Source: Octopus bimaculoides
Taxonomy: Eukaryota
Direction: 5' to 3'
Assembly (NCBI RefSeq): GCF_001194135.2
Contig: NC_068989.1
Coordinates: forward strand, 22,371,322-22,435,321
DNA: 64,000 bases
The translations under genes and the position numbers were made by a program. Each line of letters begins with the position of its first letter. Within the stretch, counting starts at the first letter, position 1. Positions 48,230-61,261 of this stretch are shown piece by piece. The notes beneath the pieces were generated by a model that saw only the letters and a program-made list of their open reading frames with translations, made no database searches and was not told where the DNA came from.

Positions 48230-50210
48230 TGTAAATTTTATTTACTATAGAGAGAACTCAATTAAGAGTGTAGAGATTCTGCTTTCACCCTGGGAATTTC
48301 TTTTAACTTCTACTACAGATTCCACAAGAATGACGTTGTCAGTATATAGTATTTCTTAAGTGCAACTGGTCTTAAATTCTTCTGTTATGACCTAGAGAAT
48401 TATGATGAACAGGAAGGGATTGAGGACTGGGCCCTGGTGAACTCCTATATCTGTATACTAAATTCATTGCTGTACTGCTTACTAACCTTACTGCCAGCAC
48501 CCCTGTATATAGCTTGAATAACTATCACTGGTCATTCTGACCCCTATCACCAGATCACCGAGCATGAGACCCTATCAAAGGCTTTCACCAGGTCAATGAA
48601 TGCCATATAAAATGGCTTACTTTTAGCTAAATATTTCTTCTGCAGTTTTCTAATTAGAAAGAGGATATTAATAGAACTGCTTCCAGGAACAAAACCAAAT
48701 GGCATCTCATCTAGTCTAAATTTCTTCCTAATTAATTGGGTTACAACTCTTTCTGTAATTTTCATAACCTGGTCCAGCAATTTTGACATCTTAGTAATTA
48801 TCTCTACCTAAGGCATCTTCTTCACCCTTCTTGTAACGTTTGGCCATAATGCTGCTACACCAGCCATTGGGTGTACAGTTGTATACTTTCCTGCATAATC
48901 TGATTAACTATACAGGTGACTAGGCTGCATCCAAATCCAACAGATATTTTTAGCATGTCTGCCATAATTCTCGATGAACCAGGCTTTCCTTGCCTTCATA
49001 TCCTTAACCCTTTTGTTACTAACCCGGCCGTAGCCGGCCGAGCGTACCCATTGTTATTTAAATGTATATTTGAACCCAAATCTCGTTAGTACATTCGTTA
49101 AAACACCTGATTTCACTTTGCAAACAGTTGAGTTATTGTCTCCGACATTGTTTGGCATGATATTTGAACTCAGTGAATTTTTGAAGATTTTTTTCCACAT
49201 TTTTTGCGGCGTTGATTTTTTTCAACTTTGAAGATGGAGAGGAGTTTCATGCTATCAAGCAGTGATTCCGAATTTGAAGGCTTTTCAACAGAAGATATGG
49301 AGATATCGAAGAAAAGAATGAATGAGCTACAAAAGCACGTGGTGAACGATAATGAATCGGATATTTCNNNNNNNNNNNNNNNNNNNNNNNNNNNNNNNNN
49401 NNNNNNNNNNNNNNNNNNNNNNNNNNNNNNNNNNNNNNNNNNNNNNNNNNNNNNNNNNNNNNNNNNNNNNNNNNNNNNNNNNNNNNNNNNNNNNNNNNNN
49501 NNNNNNNNNNNNNNNNNNNNNNNNNNNNNNNNNNNNNNNNNNNNNNNNNNNNNNNNNNNNNNNNNNNNNNNNNNNNNNNNNNNNNNNNNNNNNNNNNNNN
49601 NNNNNNNNNNNNNNNNNNNNNNNNNNNNNNNNNNNNNNNNNNNNNNNNNNNNNNNNNNNNNNNNNNNNNNNNNNNNNNNNNNNNNNNNNNNNNNNNNNNN
49701 NNNNNNNNNNNNNNNNNNNNNNNNNNNNNNNNNNNNNNNNNNNNNNNNNNNNNNNNNNNNNNNNNNNNNNNNNNNNNNNNNNNNNNNNNNNNNNNNNNNN
49801 NNNNNNNNNNNTATGGGTATTAGACAGTTACCCAGAATAACAAATTACTGGAGCAATCAGGAACCTTTTGGCGATGAATATATTTCCAGTATTATGAACG
49901 AGTACGATTCGTGAAGCTGAACCAATATTTACATGTGAGAGACACTTGCAGTACCCCCCACCCCAGTACGTGGAGAACTTTGAGACAAAAATTATGCAAT
50001 AGAATTGATTAAGAACCCTTTCTTTAATTATGTTCCAAATATCACATTAATATGTTGATAAATAAAAAAGTTACAGGTGTTTAATGAGACTAGTCTAAAT
50101 TCATGATTATTTCAGAATTTAATTGAAACTCATGAGGGGTGTATTTTGGTCAGAAATATAGTAACGAAAGGGTTAATTGTCAACTAGGATAGCTAGTTTC
50201 CCTGTTGGGT
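48230..50210 (-). mobile_element. Old RTE RT relic interrupted by a piggyBac copy
   Basis: KLLDQVMKITERV..FIDLVKAFDRV..GVHQGPVLNP. The segment LVD.IKDMK..KA is split at TTAA (49004-49007 / 50173-50176). Confidence 0.8.
49008..50172 (+). mobile_element. Non-autonomous piggyBac element, copy 1
   Basis: TTAA|CCCTTTTGTTACTA ... TAGTAACGAAAGGG|TTAA; transposase N-terminal remnant MERSFMLSSSDSEFEGF..MGIRQLPRITNYWS; N-gap inside. Confidence 0.93.
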
Positions 50211-50537
50211 ACACACACATGCACATATATGCACACTTATAGAGCTGTTATATTGAGACAACAGTACTGTCCAAAGGTTTGTGCTTGTTATGCAATCTGA
50301 TGATTTGATAATGTGATATGTTTATAAAGTATTTCTTTACAAAATAAATATTATTGTTAATGAAATACATGTAAGAATAAATTGAATGGATTTATCTCCA
50401 CGCTAGTTTCCATTTGTATTCTATGTTATATGTTTATGTGTGTATGTGTTTGTCTTCTACTGTAACACCAGTCTGAACAAAGTTTTGTGAGTCGGTTTGG
50501 CAGGCAGAAATTGAAAGAAGCCCATTGTATATGTATG

Positions 50538-50575
<38 letters not shown>

Positions 50576-50894
50576 GGGGATGAGTATTAACATCTTTGAA
50601 TATCGTGAGTTGTAAACAGTGACACTGTTGTCAATTCCTTTTCCAACAAATTTTCATCCAGCTTTGCAAATATGCATGTGTCAAATAAGAGATCCCTAAT
50701 GGTTAGCAACAGGTAGGACATTTGGCTGTAAATCAGAGCCTCAACAAAACATTTGTCTAACCCATGCTAGTATGGGAAAATGAACATATAAACCAAATGT
50801 AAACACAAATACACACACACGTATATATATATATATATATATATATATTTCGCTTTACAGCTAGATAAAATGGAATCCATATATACATATATAC

Positions 50895-51202
50895 GTCCCG
50901 AAAGGGACAATGTTACCATTGTTTTAGCCCCTAGGAACAATGTTTCTAGCTGGCTATGAGACACACTATCTGTGTCCTTACATTTTCGAACAGGGAGTTC
51001 AGCACTCCCATCTAGCACAGCCAAAGCAGCTACTCTGTGTTGATAAAGAGTAATAAACTAGTCCACAGATGTTGTTTTGCGCTAGATGGGAGTGCTGAGT
51101 TCCCTGTTCGAAAATATAAGGACACAGATAGTGTGTTGTACAGCCAGCTAGAAACGATATTTCTTGGGGCTAAAACAATAGTAACATCGTCCCTTTCGGG
51201 AC
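50895..51202. mobile_element. 308-bp fold-back element, ~135 bp arms, ~40 bp spacer
   Basis: 50895-51030 is the reverse complement of 51071-51202 (about 85-90%); termini GTCCCGAAAGGGAC and GTCCCTTTCGGGAC. Confidence 0.9.
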
Positions 51203-52227
51203 AGCCACATTATGTTGGCAAATAGCATGTACTTTAAAGAACTGTTACTGAATGTCTGTCTTTGAGAGATTTAGAAATAATCATATATACATCAATACAT
51301 ACATTAAATTACATGCAAAATTTCAGAGTGAAGCAATAAAGAGTAAATAGTTATTTCTAAAACAATGCAACTTTTAAGGAGGCCTCTGTGATCAATCAAT
51401 CTGCTAAAAATAGCAACTGAATATCCCTCAAATGACATTCCACCATCTTAAATAGGGAAAGGGCATATTGAGTTGATGTAAACTTAGATATCCCTAATAT
51501 GTCACTGGAATGGCTTTGGCCATAAGCCAGCTCAATCAAAGCCAACTTGAGGCTATTCAACAACAAGAAAGGAATATGATAACTTCTTTCACAACAATCA
51601 AATAACATGTAATTAATTCTGAAAAGAATAGCAATGACAGAAAAGAATGGTGCATGATTGATTGAGATGAATTAAGAGTATTTGTATTTCAAGGTTTGGT
51701 TTGTTTATTTTTCTTTGCTTTTACAAATAAAAAACAAACTGCGATAAAGAAAAATGTACTCACGTGATTTTTTTAAACTTGTCAATCATGGACTGTTTTA
51801 GTGTCTCATCTTTTTTTTTATATCTATCCCATNNNNNNNNNNNNNNNNNNNNNNNNNNNNNNNNNNNNNNNNNNNNNNNNNNNNNNNNNNNNNNNNNNNN
51901 NNNNNNNNNNNNNNNNNNNNNNNNNNNNNNNNNNNNNNNNNNNNNNNNNNNNNNNNNNNNNNNNNNNNNNNNNNNNNNNNNNNNNNNNNNNNNNNNNNNN
52001 NNNNNNNNNNNNNNNNNNNNNNNNNNNNNNNNNNNNNNNNNNNNNNNNNNNNNNNNNNNNNNNNNNNNNNNNNNNNNNNNNNNNNNNNNNNNNNNNNNNN
52101 NNNNNNNNNNNNNNNNNNNNNNNNNNNNNNNNNNNNNNNNNNNNNNNNNNNNNNNNNNNNNNNNNNATATATATATACATATACATATATGTATATATAT
52201 ATATATAAGGGAAATTATAGAAGGAAT

Positions 52228-52258
<31 letters not shown>

Positions 52259-53904
52259 GTATATATATATATATATAAGGGAAATTATAGAAGGAATTAT
52301 ATATATATATATATATATATCCTCAGGGTGGAATTTTGAACTCAGAATCTAAGATGCTCACTAACAACAAGATCTGATGCACTTGTCCACTATTCTTTAT
52401 TCTTTCTATTCTTTTACTTGTTTCAGTCATTTGACTGCAGCCATGCTGGAGCACTGCCTTTAGTCGAGCAAATGAACCCCAGGACTTTGTAAGCTTAGTA
52501 CTTATTNNNNNNNNNNCAAATGAACCCCAGGACTTTGTAAGCTTAGTACTTATTCTATCAGTCTCTTTTGCCAAACCGCTAAGTTACAGGGACGTAAACA
52601 CACCAGCATCAGTTGTCAAGCAATACTGGAGGGACAAGCACAGACACACAAACATATACACACACATATATATATATATACATATATACGATAGGCTTCT
52701 TTCAGTTTCCATCTACCAAATCCACTCACAAGGCTTTGGTCGGCCCGAAACTATAGTAGAAGACACTTGCCCAAGGTGCCACACAGTGGGACTGAACCTG
52801 GAGCCATGTGGTTGTTAAGCAAGCTACTTACCACACAGCCACTCCTGCACCTATATGTCACAATGAACAAACATAAAATCACAAAAGATAAGCTAATGGC
52901 ACTTACGTCTAGATCCAGGATTAACAGACTATCTGTTCATTGTATCTGGAACCTAATATAGTATTCTGCACATCAGATCTCTCTTAGACATAATACCTTA
53001 GTTACAAGTGCTTAACAATACACATACAACCCCTACCAATTAGTCTTTTGTGTAATTAAGAAAACCACCACCACCACCACCACCATTACTATATTTTCTA
53101 ATAACTTTTTTAGAACTGTATTTTTCTACAAGATACCAAAAATAGAATAAGAAATTTAATTTTGTTCTCAAGAACAAAATCTGAAAAACTTAAATGGAAT
53201 TTCAACAGAAGATTTATAAAATCTTTGTGCAATTTTCTGGCTACCCTTGACAGAAATTATGCTCTTTTACAGCTAACTGGGATATGCAGAAAGCATTATT
53301 AGCAAAGCAAATCTGGGAAACATGTGACCTGCTACTGGTAAATGTCATATTATGCTAAGTGGAATTTGTGGGTTGCCATTTGAGTTAGTCAATTTGGCAA
53401 CAATTTCTTGAAATGTTCTAAACTGTAACATGATGTCTGATCAAAGTTGATAAGAAAGTTCTTTGAAAGAATTTACTGGCGTAAAATGATGTGGGCTGGA
53501 AAAGTTCAAGTCTGCTAGAATCACCATCATCATCATCGCTTAACGTCCGCTTTCCATGCTAGCATGGGTTGGACGACTTGACTGAGGACCGGTGAAACCA
53601 GATGGCTACACCAGGCTCCAATCTGATTTGGCAAAGTTTCTACAGCTGGATGCCCTTCCTAACGCCAACCACTCTGAGAGTGTAGTGGGTGCTTTTACGT
53701 GCCACCAGCACGAAGGCCAGTCAGGTGGTACTGGCAACAGCCACGCTCAAAATGGTGTATTTTATGTGCCACCCACACAAGAGCCAGTCCAGGGGCACTG
53801 GCAACGATCTCGCTCGAAAGTCCTTACACATGCCACGGGCAAAAGTGCCAGAAAGGCGACGCTGGGTATAGGTGCCATCCCGATTTCGCTTTTCCTTGCC
53901 CCAA

Positions 53905-54500
53905 AAAAGTAAGATTTGCTGGATCTGGAGGAAGGAGCACTGCCCATGGTCTTCACAGATTCAGCTATATCAGAGAGATTGATGCCTTTAATATTCTTCT
54001 TGGACCTTTTTAAGTCAACACCCATGAGAAAGATATCAGCAAGGAGGGAATTCTGAAGGGCTGACATTCTGGGAAGGAAGGACTAGGCATGATTATTAGC
54101 ACAGGGCTTCGGGAGCTGGATGTAACAAGGGGGAAAAAAGGAGGAGAGAAGAGTAGGATAGAAATGCCCCAGCTCTAGGGAGCAATAACCATTATAGTAG
54201 TGATAGAAAAGGTAGAGAGAGGAGGCAGTATGCCTAAGGACCAGAGGTTGGACAACATCTCTGAGTGACTTTTATCCCTATCAATCAGTTGACCCTATTC
54301 TGGATGCAGTGAAAGATGTCTGTGTGTATAGCAGCAACAGCACCCTCTCAGATGCAAGCAACACTCTTCTGTGGATTGCACTAGAACTCATAGCTGAGAG
54401 TAAAAGTTACGCAGACAGTAGACTAGAGGCTTTTGAGATCTTGATTAAATGTCTACATGTACCAGTGGTGAAGTGGGTAAGGACATTACTACTTTTAGTT
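53905..54500 (-). mobile_element. Decayed CR1/Jockey-like LINE relic
   Basis: Minus frame ..VDLKRSKKNIKGINLSDIAESVKTMGSAP.. resembles the V...L..LD.SKA.GPD linker. Confidence 0.4.
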
Positions 54501-56755
54501 TAGAAATAAAGGTTCTAAGTTTGAATACAGAGTGGAGCCATGTACATATCCAGGAATAAAACACTCAAAAGCAATTGAAAAACAGATGATAAAACAGTTT
54601 CGATCACTGGATTGTGGCCACATTGAGGGACTACCTTGAAGAATTGACCCCAATGCTTACTTTTTTATGGGTCTCTTTTACCAAACCACTAAGTTATAGA
54701 AACATAAACACACACACAAAGAATCCATGCACACACACACACATGTATATAAACACAATGGGCTTCTTTCAGTTTCCACCTATCAAATCCACTCACAATG
54801 CTTTGGCTATCCCAAGGCTATAGTAGAAGACTGAGGTGCCATGCAGTGCGACTGAACTCAGAACCATGAGGTGAGGAAGCAAACTTTTTACCACACAGCC
54901 ATACCAGTACCTATGTGTAGATATAAGTATTGGAAAGATGAAGTGGTTGATACCATGCTAACTTACAATCTTTATAACATACTGTCTGCTATTTGACAGT
55001 TCAGAATTTAAATTTCAATTCACTGAGCTTTTCTTTTTTATCTCCAATGGAGGATACAGTCAATAAAATAAGTCTAAGAAATATAGTAAAATAGAGTTAT
55101 GGTTGCTTGGAACAATCATGTGGAGAGTTAGCAAAGCTTGTAATTTGCTAACAGTGTTGTGGCCTAAGTAACCAAAGTGTAAGTAAGTATAACAAGGTGA
55201 TACAATATATAAACACAAGCATGGCTAGTTGGTTAAGAAGTTTCTTTCACAACCATTAGATTTCAGGTTCAATCCCACAGTGTAGCATTCTGGGTAAATA
55301 TAATGTCTTGTAGTATAGTCCTGGAGTCAACCAATAACTTGTAAGTGAATTCAATTGATGGAAACTGCAGAAGGCTATCTCATATATATATATATATATA
55401 NNNNNNNNNNNNNNNNNNNNNNNNNNNNNNNNNNNNNNNNNNNNNNNNNNNNNNNNNNNNNNNNNNNNNNNNNNNNNNNNNNNNNNNNNNNNNNNNNNNN
55501 NNNNNNNNNNNNNNNNNNNNNNNNNNNNNNNNNNNNNNNNNNNNNNNNNNNNNNNNNNNNNNNNNNNNNNNNNNNNNNNNNNNNNNNNNNNNNNNNNNNN
55601 NNNNNNNNNNNNNNNNNNNNNNNNNNNNNNNNNNNNNNNNNNNNNNNNNNNNNNNNNNNNNNNNNNNNNNNNNNNNNNNNNNNNNNNNNNNNNNNNNNNN
55701 NNNNNNNNNNNNNNNNNNNNNNNNNNNNNNNNNNNNNNNNNNNNNNNNNNNNNNNNNNNNNNNNNNNNNNNNNNNNNNNNNNNNNNNNNNNNNNNNNNNN
55801 NNNNNNNNNNNNNNNNNNNNNNNNNNNNNNNNNNNNNNNNNNNNNNNNNNNNNNNNNNNNNNNNNNNNNNNNNNNNNNNNNNNNNNNNNNNNNNNNNNNN
55901 NNNNNNNNNNNNNNNNNNNNNNNNNNNNNNNNNNNNNNNNNNNNNNNNNNNNNNNNNNNNNNNNNNNNNNNNNNNNNNNNNNNNNNNNTGTATTGTCGTC
56001 GTCGTTTAACGTTCGCTTTCCATGCTAGCATGGGTTGGACGATTTGACTGAGGACTGGTGAAACCAGATGGCTACACCAGGCTCCAATCTGATTTGGCAG
56101 TGTTTCTACAGCTGGATGCCCTTCCTAAAGCCAACCACTCAGAGAGTGTAGTGGGTGCTTTTACGTGTCACCCGCACGAAGGCCAGTCAGGCGGTACTGG
56201 CAAAGGCCACGCTCATCTCGCTTGAGAAACCTCATGTGTCACCCACACAACAGCCAGCCCAGGGGCACCAGCAACGATCCCGCTCAAAAATCCCACAACA
56301 ACCCCACACAAGAATCAGTTCAAGGAAGAAAGAATATATTATTGTATGCAACTATAAAATTGATGAACGTCTCCATGGCTTGCAGGGTTAACTTCATCCA
56401 ACTCTTCGCAAATGAGAATATCTAGGCAATAACAGAGTGACTGTGAACACTCCACATGATGAATAGTCTGTCCTCAATTATGTACAAACAATCAAATAAC
56501 TAATGAAGCCAATTATCATTTTCACTGTCATTACCAAAAATCCACAAATAGCTCTCCCTTTATATAAAAGTTTCTTGTGTCAAAGAAAGACTCCTTATTC
56601 TTTTACGGTTATAAGAGAAAATAGGGACAAAATTAATTATCCCCAATAACCTGTAAACCTCCACTTTGACATTGAGAAATTACAACCATAACACAATTTC
56701 AGTGTCAGAGATCATGTTTCATATGTGATTTGATCCCCGGCATCTGTGATGAAAG

Positions 56756-56797
<42 letters not shown>

Positions 56798-57195
56798 TTC
56801 TGACTTCACTGAATTACAACAATGAAGACTGACAGACTTGGAAATTAATGAAAGGTAAGATGGAATAGAAACACAGATTTAACCCAAATTATCCAGTATC
56901 TTCAACATTCAGTGTTAATTCTAAAAGTGTCATAGATTAAATTATACACAGGCCAGTGAAGGAACCTCTGCTTAACCTTGTTGGAATAATAGATAAATTA
57001 TAAATCACATTATATCATCTTTAAAAAATTAACATTTTGAATAGGTGCTGACATAGCAATGTAGTAAAAAGTTTGCTTCCCAACCATATGGTTTTGATTC
57101 AATCCTTTAGGCAAGTGGTTTCTACTAGAGCTCTGGGTCAACCAAAGCCTTGCAAGTGAATTTGGTAGATGGAAACTGGAAGAGTTCCAACATAC

Positions 57196-57254
<59 letters not shown>

Positions 57255-57844
57255 CAAAAGTGTGTTACTATCTTCTTGCCTGGACATCAAGTCATAGTTA
57301 TAAACAAGTGTCACTATCATGAAAATGATAATCTTCATTTCTAGTCTTTTGTGTAAACATGTCTGTTCATGGGGAAATATTACCTCACTTGGAAACAAGT
57401 GAGGACTGATGACAAGAAGGGTGTCCAGCCATAGAAAATCCACCTTGACAAATTCCATCCAACCCATGCAAGCACAGAAAAGTGGATATTAAACCGACGA
57501 GGAGGCGGAGGGTGATGATGATGAATAATGTGGTCCTGCATCTAAAAATATAAAGGAACAAACTTGGTTAGAATGTCTTTGATCACAGTTCTATAAAATC
57601 AAGACTGACCAGAAGTTATATAATGGTGGTTGTTAAAAGCTGTGGATAGTAGAACTGTTAAAGTACCAAAGCAAAATGCCTTTTTACATTCTGAGTTCAA
57701 AGTCAGGTCAACTTTTCTTTTCATTCCTCTAGTGTCATATAAAATAAAATACCAACCACATGGTTCCAGTTTCAGTCCCACTGTGTTATTTCTTTACTGC
57801 CCACAAGGGGCTACATACAGAGGGGACAAACAAAGACAGACAAA

Positions 57845-58017
57845 CAAATTAAGTCGATTATATCGACCCCAGTGCGTAACTGGTACTTAATTTATGGACC
57901 CCGAAAGGATGAAAGGCAAAGTCAACCTGGGCGGAATTTGAACTCAGAACGTAGCAGCAGGCGAAATACCGCTAAGCATTTCGCCAGGCGTGCTAACGTC
58001 TCTGCCAACTCGCCGCC
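57845..58017 (-). mobile_element. Family C (Meta-like) SINE, best-preserved copy
   Basis: GGCGGCGAGTTGGCAGAGACGTTAGC..GAGTTCAAATTCCGCC..GACTTTGCCTTTCATCCTTTCGGGGTC. Older copies at ~25965-26175, 28560-28730, 32715-32830 (+), 39730-39880 (+), 41350-41545, 41805-41930, 58350-58556. Confidence 0.85.
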
Positions 58018-59091
58018 GTGTAAAGTCCCACCGTGTGGGACCTTGGACAAGTGTCTTTTACTATAGCCTGTGATTAAACAACTGAATGGGTTTGGTGAAC
58101 AGAGACTAAAAGAAGGCCATCATATATGTATCATTATCACCATCCTCATTGTTTAACAGCTGTCTTCCATGCTGGTATAGTTTATATGGTTTGACAAGAT
58201 CTGACAAGCTACAGGATTGAACTAAACACCAATCTCAGGTTTGGCATAGAGGTACTGGATAATTTTTCTTGGTACTAGCACTAGTTAGATCACCAAGTAA
58301 TTCACCAGACAAGCTCCTTCAATTAAGTGGGTATATAACATTGATTTGAAATTTTGGCACAAGGCCAGCAATTTCAAGGTGAGGGTAAGTCAATTACATC
58401 AACCTCAGTGCTTAACTGGTACTTCTTTCATCAACCTTGAAAGGATGAAAGGTTAAGTTAACTTCAGTGGAATCTGAACTCAGAACATAAGGATACATGA
58501 AATACTGCTAAGCATTTTGCCAGGCATGCTAATAATTCTTCCAGCTTGCCGCCTTAAAGTAGGGGTGTAATATTGAGGAAGGTGGCATCATGCCAAGTGT
58601 TGAGGGGTTAAAGTATGACAAAAGGAGAAGAACAGGTGTTTTGCTGTAGTAGACAAACATGGCTATTCTGGCTAAGTGTGTGAATGTTTGTGTTTGTGTG
58701 TCTGAGTATGTTTTTGTGTCTCCTTGTCTTGACATTGTGAAAGAGTTGTAAATGAGTATCATTGTCACACAAGTAATGCAAGCATGGAAAAGTAGATGTT
58801 GAAACAATAATGATAGTATCCCCAATGTAAATAGAGCGACAACAATGAAGGCTGCTTTGGAAATTAATGAAAGGTCAGATGAAATGGAAGCACAGAGCTA
58901 AACCAAAATTATCCATTATCTATTATATTTTAGAAATGTCATGAACCCAACTAAACATTAATACTCATACACTCACATAACAAAAAGCAGTTTTGATAAG
59001 ACAAGACAAGCAGTGAAATATGGAATGATGGCATTCTAAGAATATAAGAAATATGTACATGGTTCATAGTAATAGGAAAGACACTTATTAA

Positions 59092-60337
59092 CCCTTTCGT
59101 TACTAACCCGGCCGTAGCCGGCCGAAAAATGTTTTGGTTCATAAGACAAACTCGGCCGTAGCCGACTGAGCACCCATTGTTATTTAAATGTATATTTGAA
59201 CCCAAATCTCGTTAGTACATTCGTTAAAACACTTGATTTCACTTTGCAAACAGTTGAGTTATTGTCTCTGACATTGTTTGGCGTGATATTTGAACTCAGT
59301 GAATTTTGGAAGATTTTTTTCCACATTTTTTGCGGCGTTAATTTTTTTCAACTTTAAAGATGGAGAGGAGTTTCATGCTATCAAGCAGTGATTCCGAATT
59401 TGAAGGTTTTTCAACAGAAGATATGGAGATATCGAAGAAAAGAATGAATGAGCTACAAAAGCACATGGTGAACGATAATGAATCGGATATTTCTGTATCC
59501 GAAACTGAAAGCNNNNNNNNNNNNNNNNNNNNNNNNNNNNNNNNNNNNNNNNNNNNNNNNNNNNNNNNNNNNNNNNNNNNNNNNNNNNNNNNNNNNNNNN
59601 NNNNNNNNNNNNNNNNNNNNNNNNNNNNNNNNNNNNNNNNNNNNNNNNNNNNNNNNNNNNNNNNNNNNNNNNNNNNNNNNNNNNNNNNNNNNNNNNNNNN
59701 NNNNNNNNNNNNNNNNNCGATGCCGACAGCAAGGATGATTTTACACCAGAAAAAGATTTTTAAAATATTTTTATTAACAATTTTTCTGAGGAAACAGGGT
59801 CTACCCATAGTCTTTCTCAGGAAGCGAAACCTTTAGACTTCTTTTTCATGCTTGTTTGAAATGATTACTGTGGAAACAAACCGTTACGCAGAATGTAAAC
59901 AAACCGGAAAAAAAAATAGCTTGTGGTTTCCTGCAACTGTAGATGAAATACGGGCATTTTTTGCCATAAATATTATTATGGGTATTAGACAGTTACCCAG
60001 AATAACAAATTACTGGAGCGATCAGGAACCTTTTGGCGATGAATATATTTCCAGTATTATGAACGAGTACGATTCGTAAAGCTGAACCAATATTTACATG
60101 TGAGAGACACTAGCAGTACCCCACCCCTCAGTACGTGGAGAACGTTGAGACAAAAATTATGGAATAGAATTGATTAAGAACCCTTTCTTTAATTATGTTC
60201 CAAATATCACATTAATATGTTGATAAATAAAAAAGTTACAAGTGTTTAATGAGACTAGTCTAAATTCATGATTATTTTAGAATTTAATTGAAACTCATGA
60301 GGAGTGTATTTTGGTCAGAAATATAGTAACGAAAGGG
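59092..60337 (+). mobile_element. Non-autonomous piggyBac element, copy 2
   Basis: TTAA|CCCTTTCGTTACTA ... TAGTAACGAAAGGG|TTAA with a perfect 14-bp TIR. Remnant ..EAKPLDFF..ITVETNRYAE..TVDEIRAFFAINIIMGI..YWS..IMN; the DDD core is deleted after ~60125. Confidence 0.95.
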
Positions 60338-60341
60338 TTAA

Positions 60342-61060
60342 ATGTCTGACCTCATCCTCACTGAGGATTTCTCCTGGTAATATCACACGCTAAACATAAA
60401 GACTACATCTCCAAAACTAGCATTCCTCTTCAAGGCCTGAAAACTACTTCTACTTTCAACAAGTACTGACCCTATATAAAGTTCAAGGGAGACCCCACAA
60501 TACACCACTGTTCCTATATCTAAACCCATGTTGTTACCATCCAAACACACACAGACATCCTAGATGACATCCAAAACAAAGCCACTAACACACTCCTGGC
60601 TCATTATTTTACTTTTTCTACAACTATTACAATAACCTCTGTTTCTTAACCCTTTTGAGGCACACAGTGTTTTGGTATGTGTAGCCAAAAAGACCAACAT
60701 TTTTTAAATATTGAAATAGATCTACTGAAAGATAGTCTCTGATTAGCTATTACACTTCAAAACCAACCATTCACAACATTTGTTCCATCAGGCCAATGGA
60801 TTGGCCTCAAAGTCCTTTTAGCTTGTATCACTTGGGTTGATCAATTGGCCTGCATGTCTCAAGAGGGTTAAAGCCAATTAGTCTCTCCTCTTCTTGTTTC
60901 TCATATTAAATCCAATACCTGAAGTTTCTCATTTTCTCGAGTCTCTCCTTCCAGACATTATTCCTCTGGAATGCTCCCCCACTGCTCATGTTTTACCTGC
61001 AACTGTCTACAAGGAACATCAACCATATCATTCTGACACTAGTCTTGGTGGGCTTGCCAC
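60342..61060 (+). mobile_element. Decayed CR1/L2-like LINE 3' relic interrupted by a TTAA MITE
   Basis: LILTEDFSW..H..I.KT..LAFLFK..LY..TDILDDIQNKA, resuming after 60871 with a decayed SF..RT..LWN.LP..V.P-type end. Confidence 0.5.
60650..60867. mobile_element. 218-bp piggyBac-type MITE
   Basis: TTAA|CCCTTTTGAGGCA ... TGTCTCAAGAGGG|TTAA (11/13 TIR match); non-coding. Confidence 0.8.
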
Positions 61061-61261
61061 GACCATAAACACAATCCTTTTTTTCCACGAAAGAGCTAAC
61101 CAAATGACACAGCTTTAATCTTTTAGCATTCAGATTACTCTGTCAAATGTAAAGCTTATTTACTTTAATTGTTTTGAATTAATCGTGCATTATTTCATAA
61201 CTTTGAGAGTTCGATGATGTGAGTCTTTATTTGTAAAATGATACTGAAGGATAGGTTGAAT

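Larger units (their letters stand above)
14385..59717. other. Assembly gaps: 14385-14507, 34400-34540, 43386-43828, 49368-49811, 51833-52166, 52507-52516, 55401-55988, 59513-59717
   Basis: N runs, mostly at microsatellites or inside young repeats. Confidence 0.99.

Noticed and set aside
50767-51225. Similar peptides on both strands (DGSAE.PVRK.KDTDSV..)
   Set aside because: A direct consequence of the inverted repeat, not a gene pair.
52470-52555. Direct repeat CAAATGAACCCCAGGACTTTGTAAGCTTAGTACTTATT around a 10-N gap; also the 52167-52320 duplication
   Set aside because: Typical unmerged contig overlap at a gap, so an assembly artefact.
53273-53337. Plus-strand exon-like segment (strong acceptor, GTAAAT donor, NWDMQKALLAKQIWETCDLLL)
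   Set aside because: Isolated, no homology I recognise and no partner exons; insufficient for a nested gene.
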